DNA of 64,000 nt from Sphingomonadaceae bacterium (GCA_021300355.1 JAJTEF010000001.1:2408-66407), one strand, 5' to 3'. Shown: positions 9,206-18,258, counted from the first letter of the stretch. The notes: generated by a model from the letters alone, not told the origin. Numbers and translations are program-made.

Positions 9206-10902
9206 ATGCGTTTCAAATATGGGCTGCTTTGCGCATTTGCGCCTTTGCTATTGGCTGCGGCGCCCGCCCAAACGACCGACATCATTCTAACGGGCGGGTC
9301 GATACTCACCATGGCTGGCGATCAGCCGGAGTTTGTTGAGGCCATATTGCTGCGCAACGGCAAAATCGCCGCTCTTGGCACGCTCGCTTCCGTAAAAAAG
9401 CTGCCGCCAAAAAGATCGAAATGGTGGAACTAAAAGGGCGCACCGTTCTGCCCGGATTTATCGATGCGCACGGGCATATGGGCTATGTCGGGCAGAATGC
9501 GTCGATGGCGCAATTGCAACCGCCGCCCGTCGGGACCGTTACATCGATCGCAGAGTTGCAGGACGCGCTGCGCCAATATCCACGCCCCGATGGCAGGCCC
9601 CTGATTATTGGCAATGGCTATGACGACTCGCAACTGGCCGAGCGGCGCCATCCGACACGGGCGGATCTGGATGCGGTTTCCAGCAATGTTCCGATCTTGA
9701 TACTGCATGTCAGCGGGCATTTTGCCGCGATGAATTCGGCTATGCTCAAGCTGGTTGGCTATACCCCAGAAACGCCCGATCCCATGGGCGGGGTGATCCG
9801 GCGTGAGGCCGATGGCAAAACCCCCAATGGCGTGCTGGAGGAAACGGCGCTCTATCCCGTGATGAAAGTGCTGACACCGCCGAGCATGGATGCCAGCATC
9901 GCGCCGCTGGTGACGGGTGCCAAAATCTATGCCGCCAACGGTATCACCACCGGGCAGGACGGACGGATCATGCCGGAAAGCTGGGCAGCGATGGAGGAGG
10001 CGGACCGGCGCGGGCTATTCCCGATTGATGTCGTGGCGCTAACCTCTTTTGAACGCGACTGGCCCGCGGCGGTGCGTGCGCGGATTGGAAAGCCATATCC
10101 AGCGGGCGGGCATTTGCGCATTGGCGGCATTAAATTGACGCTCGATGGTTCGCCGCAGGGACGCACGGCATGGTTGAAAGACCCGGTACCCATCCCGCCA
10201 CATGGCCAGAAAGAGGGCTATGCCGGTTATCCGGCGATTGATCTGAAATTGTTCAACGGCAAACTGGCGGATGCCGCACAAAATGGCTGGCAGGTGTTTG
10301 TCCATGTCAACGGCGATGCCGCGGCGCAGGCATTGATCGACGGCGTCCGGGATAATGGTCTGGCAGGCAAACGCACCATCGCCATCCACAATCAAGTGGT
10401 TCAACTCGATCAGCTAAAGGACATGAAGGCGCTGGATATCCAGCCCAGCTTTTTTGCCAACCATACCTATTATTGGGGCGACTGGCACCGCGACGTAGCC
10501 CTTGGGCCCAAGCGCGCCGATTTTATCTCGCCACAGGCAACGGGCTGGGCATTGGGGCTGCGCCCGACGGCGCATAATGATTCCCCGGTTGTGCCGCCCG
10601 ACATGATGCGGCTGGTCTGGTCATCGGTGAACCGGCTGACGCAGAGCGGCGACATATTGGGGCCAATGGAGCGGATATCGCCCTATCGCGCATTGCAACA
10701 AGTGACGATCAATGCCGCGTGGCAAATCGGAGAGGATGGAGACAAAGGTAGCCTAGCGACGGGTAAGCGCGCGGACCTTGTCATTCTGGACGGAAACCCG
10801 CTGACCGTGGACGCGGCCAAAATACACAGCATCAAAGTGGTCGCGACGATAAAGGATGGCAAAACAATATATGGGTCGATTGGTTCGCCGAGCAAACCTT
10901 AG
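9206..10902 (+). pseudogene. Secreted amidohydrolase (YtcJ / amidohydrolase_3-like) interrupted by a -1 frame change
   Basis: ORF 9206..9433 encodes a signal peptide plus the conserved N-terminus (TDIILTGGSILTM...GKIAALG). ORF 9421..10902 continues with LKGRTVLPGFIDAHGHM. The two frames join seamlessly at an A6 run (9394..9399), giving ...LASVKKAAAKKIEMVELKGRTVLPGF. Confidence 0.75.
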
Positions 10903-10911
10903 GTCCTGGCC

Positions 10912-11241
10912 CTAGTCTTTTTCCAAAGTACATTGCAGCGGGTGCTGATTTTTTTGGGCGAAGTCCATGACTTGCGTCACCTTCGTTTCGGCAACTTCAT
11001 AAGTGAAGATGCCGCACACGCCGACGCCCTTTTGATGGACATGTAGCATCACGCGGGTGGCCTGATCTGTGTCCATCTGAAAAAATGCCTTCAGCACATG
11101 AACGACGAACTCCATCGGCGTATAATCGTCGTTGAGTAGCAGGACTTTATACAGGCTGGGCTTTTGCGTCTTTGGCCGTGTACGCGTGGCAAGGCCGACG
11201 CCGGGTGTGCCGCCTGGTTTGTCGTCGTCATCATGTGCCAT
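10912..11241 (-). CDS. clpS: ATP-dependent Clp protease adaptor ClpS
   Basis: [24 protein letters not shown] core. The start at ATG 11241 (MAHDDDDK) gives the usual length of about 109 aa. No clpA is adjacent. Confidence 0.9.
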   Translation of the reverse strand: MAHDDDDKPGGTPGVGLATRTRPKTQKPSLYKVLLLNDDYTPMEFVVHVLKAFFQMDTDQATRVMLHVHQKGVGVCGIFTYEVAETKVTQVMDFAQKNQHPLQCTLEKD

Positions 11242-11317
11242 GTGGATCTGCATCACTCTAAAATAGGTCAGGGTAGGGTGACTGTGCAACCCCTGTTCCA
11301 TATCAATTTCGTTTGGC

Positions 11318-11354
11318 CAAAAAGAAACCGCCCTTTCCGCAGGGGAAAGGACGG
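11318..11354 (-). terminator. Rho-independent terminator candidate after the phasin gene
   Basis: An 11-bp stem with one mismatch (CCGTCCTTTCC / GGAAAGGGCGG on the minus strand), a 5-nt loop, then TTTCTTTTT on the minus strand. Confidence 0.55.
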
Positions 11355-11458
11355 CTCTTTTATGATTGCGCTAGCGTTTCTCGGTTGCCCACCACCATAA
11401 GGAGGAGAGAGAGAAGGCAGCAGGCGCGAAATGCATCAGCGCAATAACCTCGGAAAAC

Positions 11459-12079
11459 TTATGCAGCTTTCTTGAAAAGCTCAGTCGTTACCGCGATGCG
11501 GTTCGAAATCGGCTGGAACATTTCGTTTACCAGCTTGACCATCGCTTCGGTGTTCTTCGAACCCTGCGCTACCGCAGTGTCAAAGCCCTTGCGTGCCAGT
11601 TCACCCTGCAGCTTCACGAAATCGGTTGGCGATTTGACAGCAGTCAATTCTTTCACCGCAACCTGAACATCTTCGAAATTCTTCTTGGCGAATTCCATGT
11701 TGGTCTTGCCCATTTCCTGAGCGCCCTTGGCAACGATCTTGCCAGCTTCAACGATGGCTTCGACGTTGGCTTTGTTGAATTCAACGGCTTCAGCCGCGAA
11801 CTTCTTGCCTTTTTCAGTCGCTTCGCTTGCCTTTTCGCGCACGTCGGCGAAAAACTCGGACGCTTTTTCAGCGGTGGCTTTTACAGTGTCAGTCATATTC
11901 GTCACTCCTTGAGCAATCGGTTCAGATCCAACAGACACGGCTTTCTTGGCCGGTAAAGCAGCAGGTTTCGCAACCTTCTTCTTTGCAACGGTGCTTGGTG
12001 TAGCTTTCGCAGGCGCAGCCTTCGACGCCGTTGATTCAACGGTTTTAGTCGAAGGAGTCGTTGCTAATTTGCTTACCAT
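11459..12079 (-). CDS. Phasin family PHA-granule protein with N-terminal Ala/Lys/Pro-rich extension
   Basis: The C-terminal ~150 aa are phasin_2-like (coiled, A/E/K-rich, ...FAKKNFEDVQVAVKELTAVKSPTDFVKLQ...). The N-terminus is TASKAAPAKATPSTVAKKKVAKPAALPAKKA. I chose the start at ATG 12079 (MVSKLATT). Confidence 0.8.
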   Translation of the reverse strand: MVSKLATTPSTKTVESTASKAAPAKATPSTVAKKKVAKPAALPAKKAVSVGSEPIAQGVTNMTDTVKATAEKASEFFADVREKASEATEKGKKFAAEAVEFNKANVEAIVEAGKIVAKGAQEMGKTNMEFAKKNFEDVQVAVKELTAVKSPTDFVKLQGELARKGFDTAVAQGSKNTEAMVKLVNEMFQPISNRIAVTTELFKKAA

Positions 12080-12099
12080 GGCGTGCACCCTTTCTGTTG

Positions 12100-12164
12100 T
12101 GTTGCAGTGCACAATAAAGATTCGTGCACGCACTGTCAACAAAAATGTTGCACTGCACAATAAG
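12100..12164 (-). promoter_or_regulatory. Phasin promoter with two copies of a ~19-bp TGC-N3-GCA-containing box (PhaR-type operator candidate)
   Basis: The + strand repeats are TGTTGCAGTGCACAATAAAG (12100..12119) and TGTTGCACTGCACAATAAG (12146..12164). On the gene strand, -35 TTGACA (12134..12139) and -10 TATTGT (12111..12116) lie 17 nt apart. One box overlaps the -10 and the other sits just upstream of the -35. Confidence 0.45.
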
Positions 12165-12177
12165 TTGAAATGGCGCG

Positions 12178-13317
12178 TTAATCCGCCAATGTCAGTCGTT
12201 CAAAACGCGCATAATGATGGTCTGCCGAACCAAATTGGCTTTCAATCATGGTCGCGCGCTTGAAGAAGTGACCGATGGCCAGTTCCTGCGTGATGCCAAT
12301 ACCGCCATGTGTTTGAATGGCGCTCTGGCCCACGAACTTCGCTGCGCGCGAAACCTTCGCCTTACATGCCGATACCGCAGCCATACGTTCTGCCGCTGGC
12401 AAATCGAGCTTCAAGGTAGCCATTGTCGTCATGGATTTTGACTGTTCAACTTCCATGAACATATCGACCATGCGGTGCTGCAATACTTGGAAGCGCGAAA
12501 TGGGCTGGCCGAACTGGTTACGCTGCCGCGCATATTCGAGCGTGCCCGAATGCAGCTTGGCAGTAACACCGCAGGCTTCTGCACAGACGGAAACCGTTGC
12601 TTCGTCGACAATGCGTTCAATCAGCGGAAGGCCAGCGCCCTCATCACCCAACAGCGCGTCACCGGGGATCGCAACATTTTCAAAATAGACTTCAGAAGCC
12701 TGGAAACCATCAACGGTTGGATAGTCGCGGCGCACGATACCAGCGGTATTTGCGTCAATCAGGAACAGCGATACGCCATTGGCTTCGCTGCCTGAACCGC
12801 CGGTGCGGGCGGTGACCAGCAAATGCGTTGCCCAAGGGGCGGCGTAAACCACACCCTTATGGCCGTTCAGCACATAGCCTGCGCCGTCTTTCTTCGCGGT
12901 CGTGCGAATGTTCGCAAGATTATAGCGACCCTGTGGTTCCGCATAGGCAAATGCGATGATGACGTTGCCGCCAATGATTTCCGGAATGACGGCATCGGCA
13001 ATCGCGCCGCCAACAGCCTTCAACGCACCACCGCCAAGAACGACGGTCTGCAGATAAGGTTCGATCGCAATGACCTTACCCAATTCTTCCATGATCAAAG
13101 CATTTTCGAGGTGGCCGCCGCCAAGGCCGCCATGGGCTTCGCTAAAGGATGCACCAAGCATGCCGAGATCTTGCGCCAGTGCCTTCCAAATGCCGGCGTC
13201 ACGTCCGCTGCCGCTGGCAATCATCTTGTTGCGGCTGTCAAAGTCATATGTGTCCGCCAAAAAGCGGCTCAGGGTTTCGCGGATCATGTCCTGCGTTTCG
13301 GTGTAGCTGAAATCCAT
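12178..13317 (-). CDS. Acyl-CoA dehydrogenase family protein (379 aa)
   Basis: ACAD N-, middle and C-domain-like sequence. Start chosen at ATG 13317 (MDFSYTETQDMIRETL). Confidence 0.85.
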   Translation of the reverse strand: MDFSYTETQDMIRETLSRFLADTYDFDSRNKMIASGSGRDAGIWKALAQDLGMLGASFSEAHGGLGGGHLENALIMEELGKVIAIEPYLQTVVLGGGALKAVGGAIADAVIPEIIGGNVIIAFAYAEPQGRYNLANIRTTAKKDGAGYVLNGHKGVVYAAPWATHLLVTARTGGSGSEANGVSLFLIDANTAGIVRRDYPTVDGFQASEVYFENVAIPGDALLGDEGAGLPLIERIVDEATVSVCAEACGVTAKLHSGTLEYARQRNQFGQPISRFQVLQHRMVDMFMEVEQSKSMTTMATLKLDLPAAERMAAVSACKAKVSRAAKFVGQSAIQTHGGIGITQELAIGHFFKRATMIESQFGSADHHYARFERLTLAD

Positions 13318-13428
13318 TATAATTATCCTGTCCAGTGGTCCGTCATGCTGAACTTGTTTCAGCATCTTAATGTCAACGTTGCGCATTAAGACCCTGAAAC
13401 GTGTTCAGGGTGACGGCAAAATGTTAGA

Positions 13429-14625
13429 TTAAATACCCAGCACCATCTTGGCGATGATGTTGCGTTGGATCTCGTTGGAACCACCGTAAATCGTCGTCTT
13501 GCGGGTGTTGAAATAGGTCGGAGCAGCGCGATGCGCGTAATCCGGACCAATTGGATGTTCATTGTCGCCTTCGCCAAATCCGCGGAAATAGGGCGCGCCA
13601 TAATGCCCGACCGCTTCCAACGCGAGTTCGGTAATCCGTTGCTGGATTTCAGAGCCCTTAATTTTCAGCAAGCTGGATTCAGGGCCAGGGCCTTTGCCTG
13701 CGGCTTCGCCCGCAAGGCTGCGCAGTTCGGTGAATTCCAATGCGGTCAGATCGATTTCAAGTTCCGAAATCTTGCGCTTGAAGAATGGGTTGGCGATCAA
13801 TGGGCGGTCACCGTCCTGCTCTGTGCGGGCAATGGATTTGATCTTCTCAACGCCACGCTTCGAACGGGCAACGGCGGCGATGCCGGTACGCTCATGCGCC
13901 AGCAAGAACTTGGCGCAGGTCCAGCCCTTGTTTTCTTCATAGATGCGATTGGCAACGGGCACGCGGACGTCTTCCAACCATACTTCGTTGACTTCATGTT
14001 CGCCGCCCAAGGTGATGATTGGGCGAACGGTTACGCCGGGCGTCTTCATGTTGATGAGAAGGAAGCTAATGCCTTCCTGCGCCTTGGCATCGGAATCGGT
14101 GCGGACGAGGAAGAAGCCCCAGTCTGCATATTGCGCCATCGTGGTCCATGTCTTTTGACCGTTCACAACATAATGGTCGCCATCGCGGACGGCCTTTGTG
14201 CGCAGCGAAGCAAGGTCCGAACCTGCGCCAGGTTCCGAATACCCTTGGCACCACCAATCGTCGCCGGACAAGATGCCGGGCAGGAATTGTGCTTTCTGCT
14301 CTGGCGTGCCGAATGTATAGATGACGGGTCCGACCATCGACAGGCCAAATGGCATGGTGCCGACGCAATCTGCAGCAGCGAGTTCTTCGGACCAGATGAA
14401 ACGTTGCGTCGCGGTCCAGCCAGTGCCGCCATATTCGACAGGCCATGCTGGCGCGATCCAGCCTTTTTTCGCAAGAATGCGATGCCATGACAGAAAATCT
14501 TCTTTCGAAAGATCATGCCCTTCGTCCTGTACCGAACGGAGATTCTCGGGATAATTTTCGGCGATGAATGTGCGCACTTCCTGTTGGAAGGCGATTTCTT
14601 CGGGACTGAATTCCAATTGCATCAC
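13429..14625 (-). CDS. Acyl-CoA dehydrogenase family protein (398 aa)
   Basis: ACAD-like throughout (WCQGYSEPGAGSDLA, ...TIYGGSNEIQRNIIAK C-terminus). A good SD (AGGAGAA) precedes the ATG. Confidence 0.9.
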   Translation of the reverse strand: MMQLEFSPEEIAFQQEVRTFIAENYPENLRSVQDEGHDLSKEDFLSWHRILAKKGWIAPAWPVEYGGTGWTATQRFIWSEELAAADCVGTMPFGLSMVGPVIYTFGTPEQKAQFLPGILSGDDWWCQGYSEPGAGSDLASLRTKAVRDGDHYVVNGQKTWTTMAQYADWGFFLVRTDSDAKAQEGISFLLINMKTPGVTVRPIITLGGEHEVNEVWLEDVRVPVANRIYEENKGWTCAKFLLAHERTGIAAVARSKRGVEKIKSIARTEQDGDRPLIANPFFKRKISELEIDLTALEFTELRSLAGEAAGKGPGPESSLLKIKGSEIQQRITELALEAVGHYGAPYFRGFGEGDNEHPIGPDYAHRAAPTYFNTRKTTIYGGSNEIQRNIIAKMVLGI

Positions 14626-14650
14626 GATTCTCCTAAAAATAGCTGAATCA

Positions 14651-14679
14651 GAACTAGTGAACGTTTACGTAAACGTCAA
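14651..14679 (-). promoter_or_regulatory. Promoter candidate with a perfect 16-bp palindromic operator upstream of the acyl-CoA dehydrogenase pair
   Basis: The gene strand reads TTGACG-N17-TAGTTC. The spacer contains ACGTTTACGTAAACGT (14661..14676), which is its own reverse complement. CTGAATC direct repeats flank it (14643..14649 and 14680..14686). Confidence 0.45.
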
Positions 14680-14686
14680 CTGAATC

Positions 14687-16327
14687 TCATCGCGCTTTTA
14701 CATAGCTTCCCGGAGCAGATTCCAGCGCCTTCAACGTGCCTTCGCCGGGTATGCGGGCGCCCGTGGCAGGGACTTTTGCGTCACCCTTGTCCAGCAACCA
14801 AACACGCCAATCCGGCCACCAGCTGCCCTTGGTTTCGGTGGCGCCGTCGATGAATTCTGCCAGCGAGCCTGCAATGCCTTCGTTGGTCCAATATTGATAT
14901 TTGTTTTGCGCGGGAGGGTTCACCACGCCCGCAATATGTCCGCTGCCCGCCAACAGGAATTTGACAGGGCCGCTAAAGTGATCCTGCAGCTTCCAAACGC
15001 TTTCGGCTGGCGCGATGTGGTCTTCGCGTCCGGCCTGAATGTAGGAAGGTGTTTGCACGCGACGCAAATCAATCGGCGTACCCAGCGCAGATAGACTATC
15101 CGGCACAACCAGACGGTTATCGCGATAGAGATCCGCGAGATAGGCTTTGTGCCATTTTGCGGGAAGATTGGTGACGTCCCCATTCCAGTGCAGCAGATCG
15201 AACGCGGGGTAATCTTCCCCCAGCAAATAATTTTTGACGACCGTCGACCAAATCAAATCCTTGCCGCGCAGCATGTTGAACGTCAGCGCGAGAAAGCGAC
15301 CGTCCAAATAACCATGCGGCGCGCTCAACGTTTCGACCATCGCGATCTGATTGTCGTCGATGAAATTCAGCAATTCGCCGCCCGTGCTGAAATCGACTTG
15401 CGCGGTAAAGAATGTCGCGCTGCGTACCTTGTCGGCACCGCCGGTTGCGGCGAGCACGGCAAGCGTCGCTGCTAAGGTCGTTCCCGCAACACAATATCCT
15501 ATCGCATGCACATCTGGCACGCCAAGGCCGTCGCGCACGGTATCAATCGCATCAATTTGCGCCGCGATATAATCGTCCCAGATGATGTCCTTCATCGAAC
15601 TGTCTGCAGATTTCCAAGACACAACAAAAACGGTGATGCCTTGGTCAACGCAATATTTGATGAAGCTTTTTTCCGCTGTCAGATCGAGAATGTAGAAACG
15701 GTTGATCCATGGCGGAAAAATAATCAGCGGCGTTGCCAACACGTCCGGGGTCGCCGGATCATATTGGATCAGCTGATACAAAGGTGTTTGATGGACGACT
15801 TTGCCCGGCGTTGCCGCGATGTTTTCGCCCAGCTTGAAGGCGGCGGAGTCGGTGTGCGTCAGCTGACCGCGCTGCACATCTGTCATCAGGTTCTGCATGC
15901 CCGCCATCAGGCTTGCGCCGTTGGTCTCCATCGCCCGTTCAATTGCGACGGGGTTGGTGAAGGGCGAGTTTGCAGGGCTCATCGCCTCTATCATGCTACG
16001 CACGGCAAAGCCCATTTTGGCTTTGTCGCTATCGGCGACGCCATCCAGTTGGTCAGCCGCGCCTAGCATATAGTCAGACATCACCTGATATCCCTGACGC
16101 ATCAGGTCGAAAACGGGATGTTCCCATTCAGGTGCAGCAAAGCGGCGATCCGACGGGTCAACTTTGCTGCGACCGGCCTTGGCCAGCGGCGCAAGTATCG
16201 TCCCCCACGCGTCCATCGCGGCGCGATATGCCTTCATTGGGTCAGCCGCAGAGGCGGCCGAACCCTCAAGCATTTTGGCGAATTGGTCGGGATCCATGAA
16301 GGGTGGGAATTTCGGTGAATCGGCCAT
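14687..16327 (-). CDS. phaC: Class I poly(R)-hydroxyalkanoate synthase
   Basis: Lipase-box-like GYCVAGT with catalytic Cys, alpha/beta-hydrolase core and a PhaC N-terminal domain. 546 aa. Confidence 0.9.
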   Translation of the reverse strand: MADSPKFPPFMDPDQFAKMLEGSAASAADPMKAYRAAMDAWGTILAPLAKAGRSKVDPSDRRFAAPEWEHPVFDLMRQGYQVMSDYMLGAADQLDGVADSDKAKMGFAVRSMIEAMSPANSPFTNPVAIERAMETNGASLMAGMQNLMTDVQRGQLTHTDSAAFKLGENIAATPGKVVHQTPLYQLIQYDPATPDVLATPLIIFPPWINRFYILDLTAEKSFIKYCVDQGITVFVVSWKSADSSMKDIIWDDYIAAQIDAIDTVRDGLGVPDVHAIGYCVAGTTLAATLAVLAATGGADKVRSATFFTAQVDFSTGGELLNFIDDNQIAMVETLSAPHGYLDGRFLALTFNMLRGKDLIWSTVVKNYLLGEDYPAFDLLHWNGDVTNLPAKWHKAYLADLYRDNRLVVPDSLSALGTPIDLRRVQTPSYIQAGREDHIAPAESVWKLQDHFSGPVKFLLAGSGHIAGVVNPPAQNKYQYWTNEGIAGSLAEFIDGATETKGSWWPDWRVWLLDKGDAKVPATGARIPGEGTLKALESAPGSYVKAR

Positions 16328-16425
16328 ATTCCATGCATAACAAATGTCACAAAATTGTCGAAGATTGTTTTGTTGTGCGGCGCAGCATGGACATTAGGTA
16401 AAAAAGGGCGCAAAGGCGCGCAATA

Positions 16426-18258
16426 ATGACGTTTGAAAATCTTCCCCCGCTTCTTGATGAAGCGCTCACCGCTCGTGGCTATACTGCTTTAACCCCTGTT
16501 CAATCTGCTGTCATCACAGCTGAAGCCGAAGGCCGCGACCTTGTCGTGTCGGCCCAGACTGGATCAGGCAAAACCGTTGCTTTTGGCTTGGCCATGGCAC
16601 CGCAAATCCTTGATGGTGGACTGGTCAGCCTTGCGCGCGAACCCGCCGCACTGATCATCGCACCAACGCGCGAACTTGCCCTGCAGGTCAGCCGCGAACT
16701 CATGTGGCTTTATGCCAAGGCTGGCGTCCGCATCGCTACCTGCGTTGGCGGCATGGATGCGTCGAAAGAACGCCGCACGCTCAATCAAGGTGCACAAATC
16801 GTCGTCGGGACACCCGGCCGTTTGCGCGATCACTTGGAGCGTGGCGCACTTGACCTGTCCGCTTTGAAGGTCGCGATTCTCGACGAAGCCGATGAAATGC
16901 TCGACATGGGTTTCCGCGAGGAACTCGAAGAAATATTGAACGCGACGCCCGAAGGCCGCCGCACTTTGCTTTTCTCGGCCACAATGCCGAAACCAATCGT
17001 GTCGCTGGCCAAGCGTTACCAGCAAGACGCCCTGCGCATCTCCACCGTCGGTGAAGACCGCGGCCATGGCGACATCAGCTATCAGGTCGTCACGGTCGCT
17101 CCACCGGACATTGAGAACGCAGTTGTGAACCTGCTGCGTCTGCATGAGGCCGAAACGGCTATCCTGTTTTGTGCGACGCGCGAAAATGTGCGCCGCCTGC
17201 ATGCCAGCTTGACCGAGCGCGGCTTCAATGTCGTTGCGCTGTCGGGTGAGCATTCTCAGTCCGAACGAAATCACGCGCTTCAGGCCCTGCGTGACCGCCG
17301 TGCCCGTGTATGCGTTGCAACCGACGTTGCCGCACGCGGTATCGATTTGCCCAACCTGTCATTGGTGGTTCACGTCGAATTGCCACGCGATGCCGAGGGG
17401 CTTCAGCATAGGTCCGGACGCACCGGGCGTGCGGGTCGTAAGGGTACGGCAGTTCTCATCGTGCCCTATCAGCGCCGCAAGCGCGTTGAATCGATGTTGC
17501 GCGGCGCGAAGATTGAGGCAGACTGGATTAAAGTCCCGACCGCCGCAGATATCCGCGCCAAGGACCATGAACGTCTTCTCGAAACACTTTTGACACCCGT
17601 TGAAGTCGAAGATGAAGATCGTGCATTGGGTGCAAAGCTGCTCGAAACGATGTCGGCTGAAGACATCGCCGCTGCACTGGTTCGTGTGCATCGCGCCAAA
17701 ATGCCGCAGGCAGAAGACATGCTGGATGACGGCACGCGCGAACGTCCGCGTGATGACCATCGCGCCGGATTTGACGATTCTGTTTGGTTCAAGCTGAACG
17801 TTGGCCGCCGCAACAACGCAGATCCAAAATGGATATTGCCGCTGCTGTGCCGCCGCGGCGGTGTGACCAAGAACGACATTGGTGCCATCCGGATTGCAGC
17901 AAACGAAACCCATGTGGGTATCGCTGCTGCCGCTGTTGCAAAATTTGCCAAAGCAATCGCGCAGCCGGGGCATGACGAAGACAATGATGTCGAGATCGTG
18001 CAAGCCAATGGCCCGCCACGTGAAGCTGCGCGAGAGAATAAGCGCATGGGTCGCGACGGAGGCCGTGATGGTGGTCGTCCGCAGCGTGCCCAATTGGGCG
18101 TCAATCCACGCGGCGATGGACCGCGTGGTGACGGACCGCCGCGCGGTGGACCACGTGGTGGATCGAACCGTGAAGGTGCGCGTCCATTCCGCAATGATGG
18201 GCCTCCACCGTCAAAGCATGGCGTACGGCACAAGGCTAAGGGCAATCGGCCGCGCTAA
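16426..18258 (+). CDS. DEAD-box ATP-dependent RNA helicase with DbpA-like RNA-binding domain and Arg/Gly-rich tail
   Basis: Motifs AQTGSGKT, PTRELA, DEAD (ILDEADEMLD), SAT and HRSGRTGRAG. The C-terminal DbpA-type domain (WFKLNVGRRNNADPKWILPLLC) is followed by GRDGGRDGG...PRGDGPRGDGPPRGGPRGG. Confidence 0.9.
   Translation: MTFENLPPLLDEALTARGYTALTPVQSAVITAEAEGRDLVVSAQTGSGKTVAFGLAMAPQILDGGLVSLAREPAALIIAPTRELALQVSRELMWLYAKAGVRIATCVGGMDASKERRTLNQGAQIVVGTPGRLRDHLERGALDLSALKVAILDEADEMLDMGFREELEEILNATPEGRRTLLFSATMPKPIVSLAKRYQQDALRISTVGEDRGHGDISYQVVTVAPPDIENAVVNLLRLHEAETAILFCATRENVRRLHASLTERGFNVVALSGEHSQSERNHALQALRDRRARVCVATDVAARGIDLPNLSLVVHVELPRDAEGLQHRSGRTGRAGRKGTAVLIVPYQRRKRVESMLRGAKIEADWIKVPTAADIRAKDHERLLETLLTPVEVEDEDRALGAKLLETMSAEDIAAALVRVHRAKMPQAEDMLDDGTRERPRDDHRAGFDDSVWFKLNVGRRNNADPKWILPLLCRRGGVTKNDIGAIRIAANETHVGIAAAAVAKFAKAIAQPGHDEDNDVEIVQANGPPREAARENKRMGRDGGRDGGRPQRAQLGVNPRGDGPRGDGPPRGGPRGGSNREGARPFRNDGPPPSKHGVRHKAKGNRPR

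Noticed and set aside
9421-10902. Treating the ATG at 9421 as the genuine start of an independent cytoplasmic amidohydrolase.
   Set aside because: Family-conserved N-terminal sequence and the signal peptide are encoded just upstream in another frame and join seamlessly. The split therefore looks like a frame disruption rather than two genes.
14651-14662. GAAC-tagt-GAAC, considered as an alphaproteobacterial SOS (LexA) box.
   Set aside because: The established alphaproteobacterial box is GTTC-N7-GTTC. The spacing here is 4 nt, and the sequence is better explained as the flank of the 16-bp palindrome.
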